Source: an uncultured Clostridia bacterium
Lineage (GTDB): Bacteria; Acidobacteriota; Aminicenantia; UBA2199
Assembly (NCBI GenBank): GCA_964573895.1
Contig: CAZNLS010000004.1
Span: 1 to 53,146, forward strand
Length of the DNA stretch: 53,146 nucleotides
Direction of reading: 5' to 3'
Positions 19,500-26,260 of this stretch are shown here, piece after piece. Position numbers and translations under genes: made by a program. Every line of letters begins with the position of its first letter. Position 1 is the first letter of the stretch. The notes below the pieces were generated by a model. The model ran no database searches. It was not told the origin of the DNA and was given only the letters and a program-made list of their open reading frames with translations.

Positions 19500-20546
19500 A
19501 TGACTATCGAATTAAAAAAAATTGCGGAAATGGTGGGGGCTGAAACCGTTGATTTGCCGAAAAAAATTAAAATTAGCGGAATTGCACCGATAGAGAGTGC
19601 TGCAACAGACCAGATAACCTTTCTTGCAAACAAAAAATATCTTCGCTATGCCGGCATGACGAATGCTGCAGCTATTATCACTTCATCCGAGTTTGACCTG
19701 CCGGAAGGTAAAATAGCACTGATTGTTAAAAATCCCTATGAAGCATTTATTAAGATAGTTAAATTCTTTAACAAACGGAAAAATTCGGATATCGCATCCG
19801 GGATTTCCGATCTTGCCTTTTTACACGATTCTTCCACGCTGGCGGAAGATGTATCAGTTGCTCCCTTTGCATACATAGGAGAAAATGTCAGGATAGGAAA
19901 GGGAACGAGAATCGGCGCAAATGTTGTAGTGATGAAAGGAAGCACAATCGGGAATAATTGCCTTATATATCCGAATGTAACCCTGATGGATCAGACAATC
20001 ATCGGAAACAGAGTAATACTCAATGCAGGATCAGTCCTTGGAGGAGACGGATTCGGATTTATTCCCGGTCAAAAAGGTCTGGAAAAGATCCCCCAGACGG
20101 GCAATGTAGTTATCGAAGATGACGTGGAGATCGGTGCGAACACCTGCGTGGACAGGGCTGTAACCGGATCCACGACTATCAAATACGGAACAAAAATAGA
20201 TAACCTTGTCCAGATCGGCCATAATGTGAGGATAGGTTCGGATTCTATTATAGTATCGATGGCGGGAATTTCAGGTTCAACAGTCATAGGTGACAGAGTA
20301 ACTATTGGCGGCCAGGCCGGATTCGGGCAGCATATCAGAGTAGGAGACGGTGCAACAGTAGCAGGTCAGGCCGGAGTAACAAAAAATGTTCCGGAAAATA
20401 CAATTGTTTCCGGTTACCCGGCAAAAGAGCATATGAAGGCAATCAGGGAGGAGATTGCAGTAAGAAATCTACCTTCCCTGAAAAAAAAGATAATGGAGCA
20501 GGAAAAGAGACTGGCAAAGCTGGAAGAATCAATTAATATCAAATAA
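19500..20546 (+). CDS. lpxD: UDP-3-O-acylglucosamine N-acyltransferase
   Basis: 348 aa. N-terminal LpxD domain (..ITFLANKKY..), a long hexapeptide-repeat beta-helix, and a C-terminal helical tail. Confidence 0.9.
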   Translation: MTIELKKIAEMVGAETVDLPKKIKISGIAPIESAATDQITFLANKKYLRYAGMTNAAAIITSSEFDLPEGKIALIVKNPYEAFIKIVKFFNKRKNSDIASGISDLAFLHDSSTLAEDVSVAPFAYIGENVRIGKGTRIGANVVVMKGSTIGNNCLIYPNVTLMDQTIIGNRVILNAGSVLGGDGFGFIPGQKGLEKIPQTGNVVIEDDVEIGANTCVDRAVTGSTTIKYGTKIDNLVQIGHNVRIGSDSIIVSMAGISGSTVIGDRVTIGGQAGFGQHIRVGDGATVAGQAGVTKNVPENTIVSGYPAKEHMKAIREEIAVRNLPSLKKKIMEQEKRLAKLEESINIK

Positions 20547-20581
20547 TTGAACTATATGAATTCATAGATTAAAATATATTC

Positions 20582-20830
20582 ATGGAAAAAATAATCGAAG
20601 TGCAATGTCCTAAATGCAAATCTTCACTCTGGATAGATGTCGGGGAGAAGAAGGTTATTCAGCATAAAAAAAGCGACAATCCCCGGCACTCTTTCGACGA
20701 TCTTCTAAAAAAAGAGAAAGAAAAAAAAGAGCACACCGAGGAGAGGTTTCTTTCTGCAAAAGAGCTTGAAAAAGCAAAGAAGAAAAAAGCTGAAGAAATA
20801 TTTAAAAAATCATTTGAAAAGAAAAGTTGA
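20582..20830 (+). CDS. small zinc-ribbon protein with Lys/Glu-rich tail (hypothetical)
   Basis: 82 aa; CPKC near the N-terminus. The low-complexity tail makes the coding status less certain. Confidence 0.4.
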   Translation: MEKIIEVQCPKCKSSLWIDVGEKKVIQHKKSDNPRHSFDDLLKKEKEKKEHTEERFLSAKELEKAKKKKAEEIFKKSFEKKS

Positions 20831-20834
20831 AACT

Positions 20835-21848
20835 GTGAAAAAAAAAGTACTTCTAATACATACCGGGGGGACGATAGGAATGAGCCGGGATATAGAGAGC
20901 GGTGTCTTAAAACCTGAGATATTCCATGAAAGCCTCCACAACTTCATCCCCCAGCTAAACGAAATCGCGGATATCGATGTTGAGATCCCTTTTTTAATCG
21001 ACAGCTCGGAAATGAAGCCTGAATATTTAAAAAAGATAGTTTCGATTATCAGAAAATGTTCCGACTGTTATTCAGGGATAGTGATATCTCACGGAACCGA
21101 CACAATGGCATACACAGCATCTGCTCTCTCTTATATGCTAATGAACCTTCCCTTTCCCGTAATTCTGACCGGTGCCCAAAAACCCCTGAGTGAAATTAGG
21201 AGCGATGCCAGATCGAATCTCATAAATGCTATTGAGCTGGCTACCAAAGGAATTAACGAGGTATCTGTAATGTTTAACAATAAACTCATGCGTGGAAACA
21301 GGACGACAAAAGATCATATAAACCATTTTGATGCATTTTCCTCTCCAAACTATCCACTTTTAGCAAAGACAGGCATTAATATAGAGATTTACAAAAAAAA
21401 CATTCTAAAACAGGATGGCCTCTTTCATATATTCGAAAATCTCGATAATTCAATTGCAGTGCTCAAAATCTTTCCCGGTATAAATCCGGATTATTTCAAT
21501 CCCGGACCTCAATTCAGGGCTGTTGTTATCATCGCATATGGTGCCGGAACTTTCCCATTATCCAATTCAAAATTTCTGAACAAAGCTCTCTCATGGATTG
21601 ACTCCCAAAAAACCGTCATTCTAATGAGCGAAGTAAAAAGGGGGGTGCTTGCTCCCCTGCTTTATGAATCAGGGAAAAAACTTCTCGATGCCGGTGCACT
21701 TAATTCCGGTGATATGACATTTGAAGCAGCAGTTACTAAATTAATGTTTTTACTGGGTCAGTATAATGATCCATCTAAAATAAAGCTAAATTTCAAAAAA
21801 CCCATTGCAGGAGAGATATCATCCGGATCCTTATCATACAGGGATTGA
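20835..21848 (+). CDS. ansA: L-asparaginase, type I (cytoplasmic) family
   Basis: HTGGTIGM and HGTDTM catalytic motifs. I prefer the GTG at 20835, directly after the stop of the small ORF, over the ORF-track start at 20766, which lies in an A-rich overlap. Confidence 0.8.
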   Translation: MKKKVLLIHTGGTIGMSRDIESGVLKPEIFHESLHNFIPQLNEIADIDVEIPFLIDSSEMKPEYLKKIVSIIRKCSDCYSGIVISHGTDTMAYTASALSYMLMNLPFPVILTGAQKPLSEIRSDARSNLINAIELATKGINEVSVMFNNKLMRGNRTTKDHINHFDAFSSPNYPLLAKTGINIEIYKKNILKQDGLFHIFENLDNSIAVLKIFPGINPDYFNPGPQFRAVVIIAYGAGTFPLSNSKFLNKALSWIDSQKTVILMSEVKRGVLAPLLYESGKKLLDAGALNSGDMTFEAAVTKLMFLLGQYNDPSKIKLNFKKPIAGEISSGSLSYRD

Positions 21849-23177
21849 ATACTTTTTTTGAAGATATTTTTCCTTGATGAGATTTACCAGTTCACCATTT
21901 TCACTATGACCTGTCTTCTGGGCAATAATTCTGCCTCTTAACGGCCTGCCTAAAAGATAAAAATCCCCCATTATATCCAGAATTTTATGTCTTGCAAGTT
22001 CATCTTTAAATCTCAGTTCAGTATTAAGAATCTTGCCATTGTCTATTAAAATAAAATTGTTCAGCCTTCCGCCTTCCGCAAGCCCCATTTTTGCCAGTTT
22101 TCTGAACTCCTCTACAAAACCGTATGTTCTTGAAGGAGCAATCTCATTTTCAAAATCTTCAGGACTTTCGAGACAGAATTCATAGCTGGATCTGCCAAGC
22201 GGTTCCGGATATACCGTTGTATACCTGACGCAAAACCTGTCAAAAGGTTCTATCTTTATGTATTTTTCGTTTTCTCCCTCTTTTCCCACTATTATACTTT
22301 CGTCAATTACAATTTCAGGGATAAATTCTTCCTGTTCTTTTATTCCGCTCTCTCTTATGAATTCACAGAATCTGCTTGCTGATCCATCATCAATCGGAAC
22401 CTCTTTATTTATTTTTACCAGTAAATTGGAAATTCCAAATGCATTCAGGGTTGCAAGAAAATGCTCAATTGTCCTGGCAATTATTCCATCCTTCTGAATA
22501 GAGGTTGCATAGCTGGTCGAATCAAGAAATTCAATCCTTGCCGGGACATATCCCTTCTCGGAAATATTTTCAAACCTGATCCCTTTTCCCGGAGGCAATG
22601 GGCTGATAGACATGCCGGTCCTCTCACCTGAATGAAGACCGAGGCCGTAAAAAACATTGCTTTTTTCGACGGTTTTTTGTTGTCTGACAAATTTGTTTGA
22701 CTCCAGGTCATACTCTTCAACACCGGTATTCTCCTTAACAATCTCTCTCTGCATCGCTTCAATGTCTGCTTTCTCCCTGACCATATCCCGCAGCATTTTA
22801 TTCTCATCAAGAATTTTTTTATACTCGTTGCCTTTGCTTACCGCAAGAAGCACTTTATCAAGACTCAGAGGCTTTTCGAGAAAATCAAAAGCACCATCTT
22901 TCACTGCCTGAACAGCTGAAGAAATATTGCCGTGGCCCGAGATCATTATAACAACCTGTGTCGGATCAATCTTCAAAATTTTGTCAAGAGTTTCAAGACC
23001 ATCTATTCCGGGAAGCCAAATATCGAGAAATATAAGATCCGGTTTTAAATTTACAAACTTTTCGTACCCCTCCTCTCCTGAAGAAGCAAAAAAAACAGTG
23101 AATCCTTCATCTTCCAGAACGGATGCAATGGAGACCTGGATATTCTTTTCATCATCGATAACAAGAACTTTTTTCAT
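21834..23177 (-). CDS. lpxC: response-regulator receiver domain fused to UDP-3-O-acyl-N-acetylglucosamine deacetylase
   Basis: 447 aa. Residues 1 to about 120 form an NtrC-type REC domain (DDE at 8-10, D52 in FLDIWLPG, MISGHG, FLEKP). Residues from about 165 to 447 form LpxC (QKTV..GLGLHSG.., TIEHF, HKILDIMGD, KTGHSEN). The start overlaps the upstream AAA+ stop (ATGA). Confidence 0.88.
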   Translation of the reverse strand: MKKVLVIDDEKNIQVSIASVLEDEGFTVFFASSGEEGYEKFVNLKPDLIFLDIWLPGIDGLETLDKILKIDPTQVVIMISGHGNISSAVQAVKDGAFDFLEKPLSLDKVLLAVSKGNEYKKILDENKMLRDMVREKADIEAMQREIVKENTGVEEYDLESNKFVRQQKTVEKSNVFYGLGLHSGERTGMSISPLPPGKGIRFENISEKGYVPARIEFLDSTSYATSIQKDGIIARTIEHFLATLNAFGISNLLVKINKEVPIDDGSASRFCEFIRESGIKEQEEFIPEIVIDESIIVGKEGENEKYIKIEPFDRFCVRYTTVYPEPLGRSSYEFCLESPEDFENEIAPSRTYGFVEEFRKLAKMGLAEGGRLNNFILIDNGKILNTELRFKDELARHKILDIMGDFYLLGRPLRGRIIAQKTGHSENGELVNLIKEKYLQKKYSIPV

Positions 23178-26122
23178 CCGTTTTCACCGTCCATTCCTGA
23201 CTCCTCTTCAATCACACTTTTAAAATTTACAGTACTGAATTTTACTGATGAACCTGAAAATTTAGCATTAATTTCACCCTTCAGATAAAATTCCACGGTT
23301 TGCATTGTTTCCCATTCAGGGAGGAGAGAAAGATGTGCAATCTTCTCAAGAATAGACTTCTTTATAGTACGTCCGATGTTTCTCGCACCGTACTGTGCAG
23401 AGTAACCTTTATCTATAAGTTTCTCTATTACATTTTTTGGTATATTCAAAGATTTACCATCTGCCGACAGTTTTTTTACTGTGTCAGACAATTGCAAATC
23501 AATTATTTTTTCGATATCTTTCCGTTCCAATGTATCAAATACTATTATATCATCAATCCTGTTTATGAATTCCGGTGAAAAAAACTTTTTTACTGATTTA
23601 TCAATTTCATAATCGCTAACCCGTTCTCCCTTTTCACTGGAATTATATCCCATCAATTGCCTGGAATAGAGTGAAGTTCCAATATTTGAGGTCATAATAA
23701 TTGTTGCATGAGAGAAATCCACCACATTTCCCCGTGCATCTGTAAGTCTCCCCGCATCAAAAACCTGAAGAAAAATGTTAAGGAGTTGATAATCGGCTTT
23801 TTCAATTTCATCGAGAAGGATTACCGAATAGGGATTTTTCCTGACTTTATCCGTAAGCTGAGTGGCATCATTGTATCCCACATATCCGGGCGCGGCTCCG
23901 ACAAATCTTGAATATGTAAATTTTTCCATATATTCAGACATATCAATTCTTATAACATTTTCCCTTGATCCCAGTAAATATTCAGAAAGCACAAGGGCTG
24001 TTTCGGATTTTCCGACACCGGTTGGCCCAACAAACAGGAAAACACCATCCGGGCGGCTGCTGTTTACTTCAAACCCGAGCTTTGATGATATAATCCCGGA
24101 AACCAGCCTGCTGACCGCTTTTTTCTGACCTATGATCTCTCTGTTTATATTCTTCTCCAGATTCGATAATTTTTCCTTCATTGAGACCGAAGCTTTTGCT
24201 TCGGGAAGATTCATCAGATCTGAAATAACTTCGGCGATATCATCTTCAGTCACTTTAAAAACCGGCTCACTTTTTCTAATCCCCTTATACTTAACCTTCG
24301 AAATCACACGGTCAAATATCATAATTGCAGAATCAGGGAGCTTTTTCCCGAAAAAATTTTTTGTACCGTTTTCAATAATAAGCTCAATTATAGAATCCGG
24401 AACAATAATATCATCGTTAAGTATGCTCTTCTTTGCATGTTCTTTTAATATTATTTCCGTCTCTTCTTTACTCATTTCCTTCACGTTTACACGTTGAAAA
24501 TGAGATAAAAAAGATTGATCTTTTTCAAGGGAATTTTTGTATTCATCATAAGTGGATGTAGCAATCACCCTGATTGAACCATCACGGAGGAACTGCTTAA
24601 GTATATTTACAAGATCAAGTGAAGTACCTCTGGCAGTTCCCGGAGATATCATCAAATGGATATCTTCGAGAACAAGGAGGCTGTTTTCACTTTTAAACTC
24701 TTCAAGTACTTTTACTACTTTTTCCTCAAACTGGCCTCTGTATTTTGTTCCGATCAGAAGTGATACAAAATTTATCTCCTTTAAGCTTATACCCTTCAGT
24801 TCCGCAGGGACTTCATCCCTGTTAATTCTGTCTGCGAGGATTTTTAAAAAGGTACTTTTCCCAACACCGCTTTCTCCTACAAGCATGAGATTATTCCTGG
24901 AAGAAGAAATTAGAATTTCAATAGCCTGCCTTAGCTCACGATCTCTCTGATATAAGAAGTTCTGTTCATGCGTAACCTTTTCAGAAATATCAAAAAAAAG
25001 CTCTCTGGCCGCCCCTTGTTTTGAAACTTCTCTGCCTTTTTTAAGAATTGATCTCAATTTTTTTATCTTCTCAGAAAGTTCCCTGTCATAATTAATACTG
25101 TAAGCTTTTTCATAATTTTCGATAGCAGTTTTATATCTTCCCTCTTTTTCATAAATTCTTGCACGAATTTTAAATCCCTGATAATAACGTGGATATTTCC
25201 GGATGAATTTGTCAACCTGAAGCTTAAGATCCTCATGCTTCCCTGTATTTTCAAGAATTTCAAGTCTGATTAGAAAGAACATCGGATAAGTGTTTATAGG
25301 GGACGGAAGGTTTTTTATGTAATTATTGCTCTCGGCAAAATTTTCTTCCGAAACTGATATTACTGCCATCTCAGCATTTTTTAATACTTTGGGATATGTA
25401 TCACCTTTTAAACCAATGAGTCTCAATGCCTGTTCAAAAGCCAGATTTCTCAGCAGATAAACATATAGTCTGTGAAGGAGGATCCTGTCAGCTATAATTA
25501 GACTTTTTTCTTTTGCCAAATCACTATATCTCAGCCCCTTTTTCTCAATGCTTCCAAGGATAAGAACACTACCCCCGCTGCACTGCACAAACGGAGTAAG
25601 GGGAATAGACAGTTCGTCAAAACTGAACATAACACACTCTCCCGGTGTATCCTTTTCACCCGAGATAATCAGAGTCCCTGAGATTTTTTGTTCGAAGACT
25701 TTGAAAAAATTATCAAACCAGAAAGTAAAATCTGCAAAGAATGATTCTTTTTCCTTTTTAAGTCTGTAATTCCTGACATTTTTAAAATAATCTTCGAGAT
25801 TCTCGATAATAAATATAAATGTCTGTTTTTCAGTCCTTGAAAATTTGAAAACCTGAGTATTAAAATTCTTCAGGTATGCTTTAATATAGCTGCAGCAATC
25901 TTCAAATTCATTAGACAACGGATCTGAAGAATCCTGCAGGTCAAGATCATTATTAAGCCCGAGACTCTCACTTTTCAAAAGAATTGATATTATCACAAAA
26001 AGTGAAATCGTTGCCTGTTCAGAAATTTCTCTTGTGAGTTTACTCCGGTCTAATGTGATATTACTCCCAAAAAAATTGAGGAATGCAGACACTGTTTTTT
26101 CTACCGGTTTATACTCTTCCAT
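23174..26122 (-). CDS. ClpA/ClpB-like double AAA+ ATPase with a novel N-terminal region
   Basis: D1 Walker A is GESGVGKST. D2 is GPTGVGKSE with Walker B ILLDEIEKA, and the C-terminal ..YGARNIGR.. D2-small domain is present. The first roughly 390 aa match nothing I recognise except two 13-residue IYEKxG repeats. I prefer the ATG at 26122 because the ORF-track start at 26203 is the -35 box of the promoter. Confidence 0.8.
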   Translation of the reverse strand: MEEYKPVEKTVSAFLNFFGSNITLDRSKLTREISEQATISLFVIISILLKSESLGLNNDLDLQDSSDPLSNEFEDCCSYIKAYLKNFNTQVFKFSRTEKQTFIFIIENLEDYFKNVRNYRLKKEKESFFADFTFWFDNFFKVFEQKISGTLIISGEKDTPGECVMFSFDELSIPLTPFVQCSGGSVLILGSIEKKGLRYSDLAKEKSLIIADRILLHRLYVYLLRNLAFEQALRLIGLKGDTYPKVLKNAEMAVISVSEENFAESNNYIKNLPSPINTYPMFFLIRLEILENTGKHEDLKLQVDKFIRKYPRYYQGFKIRARIYEKEGRYKTAIENYEKAYSINYDRELSEKIKKLRSILKKGREVSKQGAARELFFDISEKVTHEQNFLYQRDRELRQAIEILISSSRNNLMLVGESGVGKSTFLKILADRINRDEVPAELKGISLKEINFVSLLIGTKYRGQFEEKVVKVLEEFKSENSLLVLEDIHLMISPGTARGTSLDLVNILKQFLRDGSIRVIATSTYDEYKNSLEKDQSFLSHFQRVNVKEMSKEETEIILKEHAKKSILNDDIIVPDSIIELIIENGTKNFFGKKLPDSAIMIFDRVISKVKYKGIRKSEPVFKVTEDDIAEVISDLMNLPEAKASVSMKEKLSNLEKNINREIIGQKKAVSRLVSGIISSKLGFEVNSSRPDGVFLFVGPTGVGKSETALVLSEYLLGSRENVIRIDMSEYMEKFTYSRFVGAAPGYVGYNDATQLTDKVRKNPYSVILLDEIEKADYQLLNIFLQVFDAGRLTDARGNVVDFSHATIIMTSNIGTSLYSRQLMGYNSSEKGERVSDYEIDKSVKKFFSPEFINRIDDIIVFDTLERKDIEKIIDLQLSDTVKKLSADGKSLNIPKNVIEKLIDKGYSAQYGARNIGRTIKKSILEKIAHLSLLPEWETMQTVEFYLKGEINAKFSGSSVKFSTVNFKSVIEEESGMDGENG

Positions 26123-26174
26123 TTGATCAGAACATTCTCCTTTGATCCTTTTCGGGACCGGAATTCTGCAAGAA

Positions 26175-26203
26175 ATTATAATCAGATAAACATAGTTTGT
26201 CAA
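26175..26203 (-). promoter_or_regulatory. perfect-consensus sigma70 promoter for the AAA+ / REC-lpxC operon
   Basis: On the minus strand: TTGACA (26203-26198), exactly 17 nt, TATAAT (26180-26175). AAAGGAG RBS upstream of the ATG at 26122. Confidence 0.7.
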
Positions 26204-26223
26204 TTTGACAGGCTCTGCTCAAA

Positions 26224-26252
26224 TTGCTTTTTAAATACCACTTTGATATAAT
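26224..26252 (+). promoter_or_regulatory. candidate promoter for the kinase operon (possibly leaderless mRNA)
   Basis: TTGCTT (26224-26229), 17-nt spacer, TATAAT (26247-26252). The -10 ends 8 nt before the ATG at 26261 and no Shine-Dalgarno sequence is present. Confidence 0.45.
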
Positions 26253-26260
26253 TTTTTAAA

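Noticed and set aside
20555-20566. 12-bp perfect palindrome TATGAATTCATA just after the lpxD stop.
   Set aside because: It is AT-rich, short and without a following T-tract, so it is not a credible terminator. It could occur by chance in AT-rich DNA.
26123-26203. First 27 codons of the ORF-track AAA+ ORF (TTG start at 26203).
   Set aside because: The TTG is the first half of a consensus -35 box (TTGACA), followed at 17 nt by TATAAT. The segment is promoter and leader. An AAAGGAG RBS precedes the ATG at 26122.
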